Origin: Diplonema japonicum
Lineage: Eukaryota > Protista > Euglenozoa: Diplonemea
Assembly: GCA_964019335.1 (NCBI GenBank)
Contig: OZ025719.1
Location: forward strand, 1 to 64,000
Direction: 5' to 3'
DNA: 64,000 nt
Below, one piece after another: positions 1 to 12,553 of the stretch (positions are counted from its first letter, which is position 1; the number at the start of each line of letters is the position of its first letter). Below the pieces are notes generated by a model. It worked only from the letters and a program-made list of their open reading frames with translations. It was not told where the DNA came from and ran no database searches. The translations under genes were made by a program, and so were the position numbers.

Positions 1-1552
1 GCCGCTAATCTTTTGGAGTCTAAGGTATCACAAGCACAAGGGGGTGCATCCTTTGTTGATACACTTCGTCATTTGGGTCTTGAATGGAAGAAAATTCACA
101 TATTGATGATCTTGGTCAAAGGCAACTTTTTCACGATCAAATAATAGGCCCCAAGAATCAGATTACAAGACCTGACCAATAAAATAATAGGGGCTTCCGG
201 AGTGAAGAAATTTCTGAAAAGTGATAAAAAAAAACAAATAAAATAAAATAAAATAAAATAAAATAAAATAAAATGGCTGTAGGTCTAATGTTTGGACTTT
301 TTTTTTTTTTCTTCTTCTTCTTTTTTTTTTTCTTTTTTTTCTTTGGTGCTTAATTGCTTCTGCGGCCCTCTCAACAGGGGACTTGGGAGACTTCGGGGCG
401 AAGCTTCACGGTGGCCGCTGTGTCACATACTGCATGGCACTGAAATCGAGACTACCTTTTTTTTTTGTTGAGAACCCTTTGTCAAGAGGGGTTAATAACT
501 GAAGGTCGAACACGGGCAACATCAGAAGCTTTAAGCTCCAAAACGAACTTGGTTTTTTTCCCCCCCCCCCGAAGAAAAAAAAACCCCCCTCTCCCTCTTC
601 AGTTCTTTTGAACAAAGAGTGAGAAAGTGGGGTGGGAGGCTGGTGGGAATATTTGTTATTGTAATTATCAAAAAAAAATATAAATACGGTCTGTTTTTTT
701 TTTCTCTTTTTCTACAGTGCAGGCTTCCCCCCCCCCCTTATTTAAAGCCATCTCATGGACATAATAATTGGGGGGGGGGGGAGAGGAGGGGGCAATAAAT
801 AAAAAGAAAAACCCGCGCGAATCCTCAGCAAGAACCTTTCTGCATCATTTTCTCTCTTTTTCTTCTTCCTGCTGTTGTTTCTCGCTTTAGAAAGCTATAT
901 CTTTCTCTCCCCCTCCCCTCCCCTCCCAACTCCCACTAATTTCTTTTATCCCAGAATCCTTCTCCCCCTCCCCTGTTTTTTTTTTTGTGGGCCGTTGCTT
1001 GGCGCTTCTTCCCATCAGAGTGCTTTTTTTTGTTCTCTTTTCTCGATTCAAATCCAAGATCTATATGGTTTAAAAAAAAAAAAAAAAAAAAACAATGATT
1101 TTATAAGTTTTATTCCCTTTTTTATTTTTTTTTTTAAAAAGAAATACTTGCAGCACTTTTTTGTCCTTTTTTTTTTCTTCCTTCTTTTTGATGTGCTGAC
1201 TAAGGAAATGCTTCATATAAGGTTTCCTCCCACACACACTGAAATTCTAAGATATCCCCGACAAGTCATATCTTGTTTTCTTTTTCTTTTTCTTCTTCTT
1301 TTTTTTTCCCCTCATACCCGACTTCAAAAGAAAAAAAAAAATCCATCTATAACTTTACCCACGACTCCGGGCGTACAAAACATGGGGTCAGGTAGAATAT
1401 TGTCGACTGTCGGGCTGGCTGCAGCACAAGTTAGTTGATTTTAGGCAGTGGCTATCATGCTACTTTGTTCCCTCTATTGCGGGAATCCCCCCCCCCTTTT
1501 TTTTCTCTTATTCAAACAAGGGTGTCAGAATAGTTTTCTTTTTTCTAAATGT

Positions 1553-1593
<41 letters not shown>

Positions 1594-1606
1594 CCCCTTC
1601 TTCTTT

Positions 1607-1648
1607 GGTGGGCCGTTGCTAACCACTTCGTTCCTATCATAGTGAATT
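1607..1648 (+). mobile_element. Isolated ~40-bp copy of the 3' terminus of the non-LTR element at 28101-29520
   Basis: GGTGGGCCGTTGCTAACCACTTCGTTCCTATCATAGTGAATT matches 29481-29522 with one mismatch; it lies after a long T-rich tract. Confidence 0.75.
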
Positions 1649-1933
1649 ATTATTATTTTTTTTTTTTACACCCTCGCCTTTCGTCGTTTTCCTCACTCCA
1701 CATTATGACCCCAGACGAATTTTTCGGCTTAAACATTCCTTAGGGTACGGGGAAGATATATATTTGTCACAGTAGATTGATTAGCAATTTGGTCAAGTGC
1801 AGTGAATGGTTCAAGGACGAAAGGGTTGTGTGATAATTAGCTATTTTCTTCCTCTTCACGCACACACACACATAGGTACCAGGGGACTTTCGGAGCCTTC
1901 AGGGCGAAGCTTCATAGGAATTTCTCCACTAAA

Positions 1934-1974
<41 letters not shown>

Positions 1975-3527
1975 AATCCAACATCCCTTCCCCCGGAAAA
2001 GTACTTTTTGACCCCTTGTGTTGTAGCTTCTCATTGTACTTTATCTCCCCCCCCTTTTTTTTCTGTTGCCTCGCTTCCATGTGCTGCAGATTTCAATATT
2101 ATTACATTATAATTGTGTCTGAGACAAGTTTGGGGGTGTGACGAACCTACCCACGTGACTAAAGGGGTCCCCTGACTCCTTGATTTACGCCAAATTCGTC
2201 GGTTCTGCGAACGGGGGGGGGGGAAAAAAGGAGGGGGGAAAGGGAGAAACTAAACCTAGTACCCTCTGCGAGATGCTTGTAAATCTAAGCTGAGCCAAAA
2301 AAAAAAAAAGAATAAAAAGAAGAAAAGAAGTCTTTCAGCCGACGAGCGACCTTCCAATCCTTCAGCGGTGTATGGTGCTTTTTTTTTTTTTTTTTTTTTT
2401 TTTTTACCTATCACCACCGCCTATTCATCTTGCCCTGTTACTATTGGTCTTTTTTTTTTCTCTTTTTTTTTTCGTTTCCCGCTATTTTACGCTTCTAAAT
2501 ACTGCCCCCCCCCCTTTTTTTTTGTCCTACCTTGGTGTTAACAAAAAAGTGATCATAAATATTTAACAAAAAAGGAGGGGGGGAAACTAGCTCTTGCATG
2601 TTGTATCTTAAACAATTACATTACAGTTTTCACGACAGCAACGGTTAGAGTGCTTTCGGGCATTATGGAGAGAGAGAAAAAAAGGGAGGGAGGGGGCCTT
2701 CCCTTGTTTACTTTATGTACAAAACGCTCTTTTTCCTTCTTCTTTTTTTTCCTTCTTTTTTTCTCAAGACTATTTGATTTTTTTTTTAAAAAAAAAAAAG
2801 ACTACCATGTTTTAAATAATTGAGGCGTCAATATATAAAAAAAAAAAAAAAATAAAAAAAAAAATACAAAAAAAAAAAATAAGTATTGGAAATATCAACC
2901 CTAATAACAATAACAAAAATTTAAAAATATCCAAGTAAAAGTACGATTGCGGTGAGCATCCTGGTTTTGTTTACTGTATTTGTGCTGTCCCATCTCTTAG
3001 AGAGTTACATTGTCGCTGGCGATTCACGTTTCTATCAGCCGAGATAATGCTGCTCAGCAAAGCACCACAACTCCCAGCCTGACCCCGAACCCCCGGACCA
3101 TTGCAAGAGCATGTAGAGCTGAACACAGAAGTGCGCCCAACTTGCATATTTCGTCGAAACTCGGGGAAAGGGTTTTTGGGCGATTTTGGAGTATAGGCGG
3201 GTTTTTTTTTTCTTTTTTTTTCTTTTTTTTTTTCTTTTTTGCGCCTTTGTGTCACAAATGCGACCCCTTTGACCCCCCCCTTCTTTCTTGTTCCGACCAA
3301 AAAGAAAAAGAAAGAACAATCAACAAAAAAATGACTTTATTTATTACCTTACAACTTGTGCCGGAAAAAAAAAAGAAGACAGAAAAATAACTATTTATTG
3401 CCAACAAATAATGAGTCATTATTTAACTCGAGTTCCCGAATTTTTTGCACGAGGGCCCGCAGGGCCCGAGTGCAAAAAAACGGGTAACGAGTGTTAAATA
3501 ATGGCTCATTTGGCGGCAAGTAAGTCG

Positions 3528-3954
3528 TTTTATTTCACTCTTCGTCATTTGAGTCACTCACTCTTCACTGCTTTCACTGCTGTTTTTTTTCACGCAGGTC
3601 AGCTTTTTGGGGATTTTCCTAAGGTAATACAGGGTAGCTATTTCGCCGTGGCATTTAAAGGGGAAGTAAGGCACTTATTCCCACTTTTAAGGGCTGGAAT
3701 GGCCTCAGATGGCCAAAAATAGTCAAAATACCCCCACCCCAAAAAAATTTTTCAAGGGGTTGGGTGCATTTTTTTCCACGACAAGACCCATTTTTTCACT
3801 CTGAAGGGCCATTATTTAACTGCAAAATCTCATTATTTAACTAGTTAAATAATGGCGATTTCGCGTTAAATAATGGCCGTTTCGCGTTAAATAATGGCCA
3901 TTTCGCGTTAAATAATGAGGCCCCTAGTGAGTGAAGAAAATGACGAAGAGTGAA

Positions 3955-3960
<6 letters not shown>
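3528..3960. mobile_element. MITE with terminal inverted repeats
   Basis: TTTTATTTCACTCTTCGTCATTT (3528-3550) is the exact reverse complement of 3938-3960; internal repeated TTAAATAATGG/CATTATTTAAC motifs; no ORF. Confidence 0.75.
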
Positions 3961-3998
<38 letters not shown>

Positions 3999-4020
3999 AC
4001 TTTCAGTAGCTTTTCTTATC

Positions 4021-4120
4021 TTGCAAGAACGGAGTCTCTTGACTTGTCTAAGCAAAGGGTAACGAAGGCAGCGTGTCATAAACTTCTCGAGGTTTTGTAC
4101 CCAGTCACACACAGTTCCTT
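4021..4120 (+). mobile_element. Short 'empty' relative of the element at 17441-18613
   Basis: Aligns to 17441-17530 and then to the CAGTTCCT end near 18605-18612, without the internal ORF. Confidence 0.6.
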
Positions 4121-4461
4121 CCCCCCCCCCCCCCCCCCATTTCACTCGTTGGACAAAAAGAACCATAAGTCAATATGAAAAAAAAAAGTTTTTTTTTTTG
4201 CCCCCTAAAGCTACAAACTGATTTATCAGTATTTCGGTGCATTCCTTCGGTGCACCTTATTTTTTTTTTCTTCCTCTTTTTTAAACCAATTCCTCTGCTG
4301 TGACAGAAGGGCTCAGGGCTCTGCACACCAGTGCTTACGGTGACCAAGCTGAAAGAGGATATCGAAAGAAGAAAGAAAAGAAAAAAAAAGAAAAAGTCTA
4401 ACATTCCTCCATCCCCCACCATTGCAAGAAAAGTGTGTTTTTATTATTATTTACTGTAAAA

Positions 4462-4500
<39 letters not shown>

Positions 4501-5092
4501 CCAGTGATCAAGGATGGATCGAGGTCATTAAGGATGAGTAAGATGGGCTCGTGGGGTGCCTAGCCCGACTCGATGAAGTTGTATCAAAAGGGGAGAAACA
4601 ATTCTTCTACCCAGATTCCCGACAACTTTGGAACCCCTTTTCGTCTTCGTCTTTCCCAGCTTGGTTGTTTCTTCCTTGTTCAGAAGAGGCTTGCGACCCG
4701 CAGTAACGGGCACGGGGGATCGACCTTGGAGCATACCAAAGCGGTGCTTCCAGTCTGATATACTGGACATCGACGCTATGACGCAAACCTGCAAAGCATA
4801 AGAAGCGGTCTGAGGTTATCTTTTATTGATTGGACCGCCAGAGCTTCCGGATATTTTAGCTTCCAATGATTTTTTTTGTTTTACAGTATTTATTATTTTT
4901 CTTTTTTTTTTTTTTTTAATTATTTTTTTTTTTTATTATGAATCTTTTTTTTCCTTTTTAATTTTTTTTTTCTTTTTGACCTTTTGCCTTGGACAGTTTT
5001 CAAGGGTTTTCGAGATTTCCCGCTTTCTTTCTTTCAAAGGCCTCTTTAAAGGGGAGCGCTATGTTGTTGGACATTCGTGTGCGCGACTTGTG

Positions 5093-5140
<48 letters not shown>

Positions 5141-5610
5141 TATTATTATTATTTCTGAGAAAGAGAGAACGAGGTGCAAAAGAAGACCTGAGTTTTGAGG
5201 TAAAGGGATGGGAGCCGAACAGTGGTGGTGGGGGGGGTCTGTTTCACAAAGCATTTCAAGGTATTTTCTAATGAAAATATCGCAAAAGTTGCTTACACTT
5301 CATGCGATCAAATGTGGCCCCTCGAGGTCTTGTTTTTAGAACCGCTTGAGGTCAACATAGCGTGTTTTGGGGTGAGTTTGGTGAGCTAGTCCAAAAAAAA
5401 AAAAAGAAAAAAAGAAAAAAAGTAACAACTGTTTGTTTGGTAAACTGGAATTTTATTCAACGGGTAAAAAAAAAGAGTGGGGGGGGGGGGGGAAGGGAGG
5501 GAAGGGGGGGGTGTTTTTGCGGAGGAGAGAGAATGTTCCAATGGAAAACACTCTTCACCAGACAATGGCTCTTAACAACTTTTTATTTGGTTTTTTTTTT
5601 CTTTCTTTTC

Positions 5611-5700
5611 TTGTTACAAATATTTATCTTTCAAAAAAAAAAAGGATTTTTATAACTATATGCAACTTGTGTCGAGCAAAAAACTTTCGCAGCTTTTTAA
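5611..5700 (+). repeat. AT-rich foldback repeat, partial copy
   Basis: TTGTTACAAATATTTATCTTTC...TATAACTATATGCAACTTGTG..GAGCAAAAAACTTTCGCAGC shared with copies at 17284, 26029, 51833 (minus) and 56266. Confidence 0.8.
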
Positions 5701-6650
5701 ACTCCAAAGCGGTGGAGAGAGGGGTAAAGTTCTTTTTGGTATTCTTTTCACCAAAAGGTCTTGAGAAAAAAAAATAGTTTCGTGTAATGGGGAAGGGGGG
5801 GGGGGTAAATTATGGTGAAGAGAGTTAAAAAATTTGTAGAATGAATTTGTTGGGCCTCATATGAGGTTAGGCAAGCTATTCTGTAAATATAACCTTATCA
5901 AGAGGGGTGGGGGGGTGGCGATAACGGTGCGCATTTTTTAATTGTTAAAAAGGGGGGGAAGAAGAAGAAAACCGACACTGTCCAATGATGAGCAAAGAAG
6001 GCTGCAGGCTACCATGGATGGTGGAAAAAAAAAGTTGTGGGCTGAGTGCAATGAAAGAATGGGTAGGTTTTTTTTTTTTTTTTTATTATTACACACTTCC
6101 TTCCTTCAGAGCTTTTGTCGTCACCCTCCAGTGTTGCCCACTCTAGCTCTACTTTACACGATGCATATTGTCCTTTCCCCCCCTCCCCCCCTTTTTTTTA
6201 TCCCTCTTTTTCAGTGTCAACAAATTCAACCCCCTTTCATGCCTATGGGGATACTCTGGTTAAAAGAAGTCTTTATTTTATACTTCTTTTTTTTTATATG
6301 TTTTCCTTTCTTTGCAACCGTTGGTTTTTTTCTTTTTCTTTTTCTTCTTTTTATTTATAAAAAAAAAAACTCTCCTCCCTTTATTTCTTTTCTCTTCCCT
6401 CTCTCCCCCCCCTCTCTCTCTCTCTCTCTGTTTTTTTTTAACTATTGTAAAGTCAATTATATCATTGTCCTTCCCCCTTCTTCTCTCCGGGGGGGGGAGG
6501 TAATGATTAAAAGGTTTACAATACCCCCTCTTTTTGCTTTTTTTTTTCATAACAACTGTATATGTGTGTGTCTCTTCCCTCTTCTTCTCCTTATTCCCCC
6601 CTCTCCCAGCCGTCTAAAATGAATAACACAATAGTGGAGCGGGGGAAAAA

Positions 6651-8258
6651 ATGAAAACCTTCTTGATGCTCATGGGGGTAGTGACTATGTGCACGGCCGA
6701 ACATGTGCACGTGGCTCTTGGGAAAGAGGACAGCGCACTAGTGGTGCAATGGACAACAGCGAACAATGCAGGAATAAGCACTGTGAAGTGGGGCACTAAC
6801 CCTACGAGTTTGACAATGAGCAACGCAGGGGATGTACACGCCTTTACACAGGACCCTGGGAGGGTCTGGTACAGCAGGACAGCACAGATGAAAGGGCTGG
6901 GTGAGAATGTGAAGTACTACTACCAAGTGGGTGACTCTTCAAACGGCTTCTCTGAAGTCTTCTCTGTGTGGAACAGGAGGGGCGGCATCCCTCAGCGCCA
7001 TGTTCTTTTCGGCGACATGGGCTCTTCCTGTGCCTTCACCCTCTGCAATGCGTGCACCCAGTCCAGCAATGTCTGCAATGCTCAGACCTGCGCCAAGAAC
7101 ACCACCGTCGGCCTTGTCTCTGAGGTGGATGCTGCCACCATGTTCCTCCATGTCGGGGACTTTGCCTACGACCTGGGCAGCAGCAACGGTACCATTGGTG
7201 ACTACTTCATGGACAACATCGAGCAGGTGGCATCCCGTGTGCCGTACATGGTGTCGCATGGGAACCACGAGGATGCCGCCATCAACATGGCGCACTACAT
7301 CGAGGAGTTCAGGAACCAGCCCACCAACGCCGTCCCCGCTACCTTCAAGACGACCAACGGCGAGGGTCCCAACACCCTTTACTTCTCTTGGGACCACGGC
7401 ATGGTGCACTACGTCTCCTTCTCCACCGAGTTCTGGTACGGCGTGGGCAGTGCTACAGTCAACACAACCTCCTTCCTAGCATGGTTGAAGGCAGACCTTG
7501 AGGCCGCCAACAAGAACAGAGACATCGCGCCTTGGGTGGTGATGCACGGGCACAGGGCGCTCTACACCTCAAGCGCGTCATCAGGAACGGGTGACGCTAC
7601 CATCCGTGCTGCGCTTGAGGACATCATGTTCCAGTACGGCGTGGACTTTATGATCAACGGGCATGTGCACGACTACGAGAGGTCGTGGCCCACGTACAAG
7701 GGGAAGAGTGATCAGTCCAACGTGAACGCCAGGGCACCTGTGTACATTGTAACGGGTGCTGCAGGGTCGCACGAGATGCACACCCCCTTCGAGCAGCCGC
7801 AGCCCTCATGGAGCTCCTTCAGGTCGAACAGCTTCTCGTACAGCAGGATGATGGTGTACAACGCAAGCCACATCCACTGGCAGCAGGTGCAGACGGACCC
7901 CACCCTGTTCCCCACCGCCGACTACGGCAGGGTCATCGACGACGTGTGGTACGTGCAGAACAAGCATGGGCCCTTCTCCCTTGAGGAGGCTCCCAAGACA
8001 GTGCCCACTTCCTGCCCCGCTAACCTGTGCGGCGAGCACGACAGGTTCCAGGGCATGCTCGGTCTGGAGGGCGAGGGGACCAAACCCCTGTGGCAGGTCA
8101 TCAACCAGTACAAGAAGACCCACGGTATCCTAGCCTGGGAGAAGAAGCTCGAGCAGCTCCTCAACAAAATCAACAAGAACGGAGAGTGGGAGGAGGAGTC
8201 CCTCCCGGAGGAACGCGAGAGGAACTACTTCAAGTGGACCCACTCCAACAAGCAGTAG
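6651..8258 (+). CDS. Secreted purple acid phosphatase (ACP7-like metallophosphoesterase)
   Basis: Signal peptide, FN3-like N-domain, and motifs GDMG, GDFAYD, GNHE, HGHR, GHVH. Confidence 0.93.
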   Translation: MKTFLMLMGVVTMCTAEHVHVALGKEDSALVVQWTTANNAGISTVKWGTNPTSLTMSNAGDVHAFTQDPGRVWYSRTAQMKGLGENVKYYYQVGDSSNGFSEVFSVWNRRGGIPQRHVLFGDMGSSCAFTLCNACTQSSNVCNAQTCAKNTTVGLVSEVDAATMFLHVGDFAYDLGSSNGTIGDYFMDNIEQVASRVPYMVSHGNHEDAAINMAHYIEEFRNQPTNAVPATFKTTNGEGPNTLYFSWDHGMVHYVSFSTEFWYGVGSATVNTTSFLAWLKADLEAANKNRDIAPWVVMHGHRALYTSSASSGTGDATIRAALEDIMFQYGVDFMINGHVHDYERSWPTYKGKSDQSNVNARAPVYIVTGAAGSHEMHTPFEQPQPSWSSFRSNSFSYSRMMVYNASHIHWQQVQTDPTLFPTADYGRVIDDVWYVQNKHGPFSLEEAPKTVPTSCPANLCGEHDRFQGMLGLEGEGTKPLWQVINQYKKTHGILAWEKKLEQLLNKINKNGEWEEESLPEERERNYFKWTHSNKQ

Positions 8259-8809
8259 TGGTGCAGGCAGCCTTCCCAGCAAGAACCCTGTTCTTCCTTT
8301 TGGGTTCCATTGCCGGTGATGCTTCGTAGCGGTGCGTTCTTTTTTTTTTTTTTTTTGTTCCCCGGGGATTCCTTTTTTTTCTTCCATTTCTTTTTTAAAA
8401 ATAAATCCGATCACTTTTCCAAGGCTTGCAGAAGGACTGTTTTCTTTTGCTGGTGAACTGATAAAATGGAAAATTTTCTTCTTTTTTTTTAATTCTTGTT
8501 GTGCCCAAGCACTGAGTGTAGCCACAGGCGGCCACACCGTTCCTCTGATTCCTCACACGCCACCGCCCGAGGGAATGTGAGGGGAGAGGCGATGGCTGTC
8601 GTTGTGCACAACCAACGTCTCAACCCGGTTTTTCTTCCTGCCACATACCGCAGGTACCCTTAAATCTCTTCCCCCTTCTTTTTTTTCTTCTTTATCCTTC
8701 TTTTTTCGCTATGTTATGTGCACCTTGTGTGGCGCTTGCTCTCACCTCTTGTTTTCTTCCATCTTTTGTTTTCCTTCTGTTTACAAAACTCCCAGGCAAA
8801 GACGTGCCT

Positions 8810-11800
8810 ATGTTCGAGATCGCATTGCTGCTGGCGGTAGTGGCGAGCAACAGGCTGCTTGTTGTGGAGGTAGACCACGAGGGTGCAGAGGTGGTGTTTG
8901 CGAAGCTCAGCAGCGAGAGTCTAAGGAAGCAGAAGGAGTTGTACTCCGCTAGGCGGAGGAAGATTGGGCGTGACGATCTACATGTGATGTTCCATGAGCG
9001 TCGGGATGAGGAAGAGATAGGGCTGGAACCCAGACATGTGCTGACCTTCACGCGTGTGAGGAAATTCCACGTCCACGGGTGGGACAACAAAGTGGAGGAG
9101 TTCACCTCCGGGCATGAGATGTACAAGAAGGCAGTGATAGAGTTCTCGATCCCCGAGCACAGCAAGAAGGTGCTCATCAGCGACCCGTACCACGAGCGGT
9201 CCTACCACCTCGACCTTCCCAGCACGAATGAAGTAGCACAGTGGCGCACGCAACACACGCGCACCGCCGCCATCCTCCAAACCTTTGAGCCTGTGGTCTC
9301 TTCTCTCACTTCAGCCACACCCCCTGTCGAGCGCCCCCTCCCCCAAAGCGGTCCCGTCGAGTCTCAACAGAACTTCGTCTTCCTCTCGGGCGGTTACCTC
9401 GCAAGCCAGCAGACAAAGTTCCGCCAAGACCTGGACCACGTGGTGCACATCCTGCAGACGTCTTGCGACGGGTGCAGCGACGCTGCCAACCTGAAGCCCT
9501 CTGTCCCTTTCAGAAGGTACTTCACGAGCTTCAACGTGTTCGCCGTGTGGCAGCCTTCCCCCGAAGAGGGCGCCTCGATCCCCACCGAAGGCAAAAAGGT
9601 GAACAATAATCTGGAGTGTTCATACGGGACTGTCGTGGACCGCGCTCTTTTCTGCACACCTTCTTTAGTTACGGCTCTCGCCGATACCGCGCCGTGCGGT
9701 GCTGTAGGGAAGACCAATGTGGTGGCAATCGTGCTGGTCAACAGCCAGAAGTACGGTGGTGCCGCTTCGTACCGCCCAACCGTACGCGTAGGTAGCTTTT
9801 CTGTGTCCCACTTCAACTTGCAGGACAGCTCTGACAAGGGTCTCTTTGCAAGTCTTTTCTTCCACGAAGTGGGGCACTGCTACGCTGATCTGATGGACGA
9901 GTACGACACGCGGCAGACCGAGAGCGGCACCATTACCTACCCCAACTGTGCCAGCAGTCAAGCAGTAGGTGGCACCCAGTGGGCCAGCTGGGCAAACTTC
10001 GACACGTTCAATGCTAACCAGCAGTCTGTGAAGAAGCTCCCCACCAAAACGCTGTCAGCCTCAGACCGCAGCTTTTTCGAGATCGCGCCCACTGCTGTTC
10101 CTATCTGCGGCTGGTCCAATTACTACAAACCCTCGAGTGCGTGTTTCATGGAAAAGCTAAAATCGGGAGGGAGCGTGCCGCGCTTGTGTCCCATATGCCG
10201 CGAGCAGACAGTAAAGTCTATGTACAAGACAGGGATGAACATTTTGTTCCCCGTGTGTCCCCTCCCCACAGAGACCCTCTACATCGACCCCGCATCAGCA
10301 GGCGTGTACATCTTCATCAACAGCAAAATCGCAGGATGGACACACGCAGGGGACGGGGGTGTTGTCGAAGTGCAGTGGTCGTGCGGGGGACGTGTGCTGA
10401 GCGCCTCTGAGCCTGGCTACATGTTACTGACACCTGCTGAGTACACAAGCTGCCACGGGACTCTTGGGGGCGAGATCACAGTGACCGTGACCATGACCGA
10501 CTGGACGGTGTGGGTCAGCGAGGCCGGGAGGGAGAAGAACATGGCGCAAACCGCTTCGTGGAATGTACGCATGGTGGCTAATCTGGCAGCCTTCAAGGCC
10601 ACCATCACCGACAACCCCACACCGTGTATGGGCACCACTGCGCGGCTCCCTTCGGAGGTGCAGCCACCTGTTCTGAAGACGAAGGCAGGCATCGACTTCT
10701 CATATGTGTCAGTGTGCGGGGACTCTAACGGGTGCACCACCACCTACTCCACACGGCAGTACAACGCCACCAACGCACAGCGCGCCTCGGCCGAAGATGA
10801 CGTGGAGTCGCTTGTGTTCGGACTGCCGGGTATCATGTGCCTTGTAGGGGTGCTGTTGTTCCTCTTCTCATGGTTGATGATGGCGAAGAAGCTGTCCTAC
10901 TCGCGTGTCAAGTCCGTCTTCTCCACGAAGTACGACACAATGGTGGGCATCGTGCGCAGGACCATTGTCTTCTCTGGACTCTTCTTCATAATCGTGGCGA
11001 TTGTGGCCACGGCGTGGGGCATGTCGCAGTACAACGACGTGGGCGCCTTCCTCAAGCTGATGCTCATCGCAGGCTTCGTGCTGTGCATCTGTTTGTTTGT
11101 GATGGCTTTCGTAGGGACCACCGCTGCCTTCTACCGCGCGAAGAACCTGCTGTACCTAAACAGCTTCGGGCTGCTGTGCACCTTCGCCATAATGATTTAC
11201 GTCACTCACGTTGTCATCTACGTTGGTGCGCACATCACAGACTCGGGATGCGCCACCAGCTCGGAGGTAACTGCAGGAACGGACGGCCTGGTCTCGGCAC
11301 CGTGCAGCTACGAGGACAACGATGTGGCAATCTGTGGAATAGAGGGCGTGGGGTGCGAACTGAAGGAACTGTGGAAAAGCCTCGTGAAGCACTACCCTGA
11401 GAAGATCTGCGCGTTCCAAGAAGAGCTGAAATGCTCCGGCTACAAGCAACCGTGCAACAAGCAGGTCTCGGAGGACTACTGCCCGAAGACATGCGACGAC
11501 ACGAACCTCGCGTACGGTGACGCGTGCAAGGTGAAGCTACAGGACGACATCAAGAAGGAGTGCGAGCGGTTCACGCCACTGATAGTGGTCCTGACGATCC
11601 TGATGGGGCTGGCCATGGTCAACAACTTGGTTCTAGCGTGCCTACTAGGCTCGCAACGGAAGGAACAGAAGGAGACACAGCTCACCGCACTGCAGTCGTA
11701 CACGAAACAAGCCCGGCAAGGGAAGCCCGTCGCTATGCCAGGGACGCAGAACCAAGCTCTTCGATTGATGCGCGCGCTTGATGACGAACAGAGGGTGCTC

Positions 11801-12147
11801 ATGACGAAGCGCTTCAACCAAGCGGACAAGGACGGGAACGGCAAGCTCGACATCAGGGAGTTGGCTCTCTTCCTTCGCGCGGCATTGTCGCCTGAGATCA
11901 CTGCTGCGGAGGTGAAAGAAGCCTTTGCACTGGCAGACACCGACAGTGACGGTGCCATCTCCTTCTCCGAGTTCCGCGAGCTGTTCACCACTGCAGGCGG
12001 GACGGAGATGACCCCTGTCACAGGGCAGCAGTTGTCAAAGGCACCTTCCACACCGCCTCCTGTCAGTATTTACCAAACAACTGGACCTCCTACGCCACAG
12101 CCTAAGTATCTGGATACCACTGTTAATACTTATGGGTATGGGAAAGG

Positions 12148-12178
<31 letters not shown>

Positions 12179-12259
12179 AGAAGCCGCACGCGTGCCTCAT
12201 CCAACGCCTCATCTTCCAACCCTCTCAACACGTCGCTGATGACAGCGCAGAGAATATGA
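8810..12259 (+). CDS. Peptidase M64-like ectodomain + TM + tetraspanin-like 4TM module + EF-hand pair; probable intron 12136-12180
   Basis: Signal peptide from ATG 8810; HEVGH..ADLMDEY zinc motif; five hydrophobic helices with a Cys-rich loop (FQEELKCSGY); EF loops DKDGNGKLDIRE and DTDSDGAISFSE; a 45-nt GTATG..ACAG intron removes a spurious poly-Lys run. Confidence 0.85.
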
Positions 12260-12519
12260 GATATTCGAATTTTCTTTTTACTTTTTTGCGAACCGATTTT
12301 TTTTTTCTTCTTTTTTTTTTTTTTTTTTTTGAAAAGATCAGCACTTCAGGATGGGTTGCAAGGTAGAGGATGTCCGAAATATATTCGCATAAAAGTATTC
12401 CCCCCCCTCCCGATGTAACAATAAATTAAAGAAATGAAAAAAGAAAAGCGGTACAATTATAGTGTTGAACAAGGAAAGGGGAAGGAGAAACCCTTCTACT
12501 CACCTTTTTTTTACACCCC

Positions 12520-12553
<34 letters not shown>

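Noticed and set aside
3845-3920. CRISPR-like short repeats
   Set aside because: 21-bp tandem units without unique spacers, inside a MITE in a eukaryotic genome
4500-4815. Coding-like island
   Set aside because: Only short ORFs with no recognisable homology; possibly a decayed fragment
400-6630. Many poly-Phe/poly-Lys ORFs here and in other intergenic regions
   Set aside because: Translations of homopolymer tracts with no protein-like features
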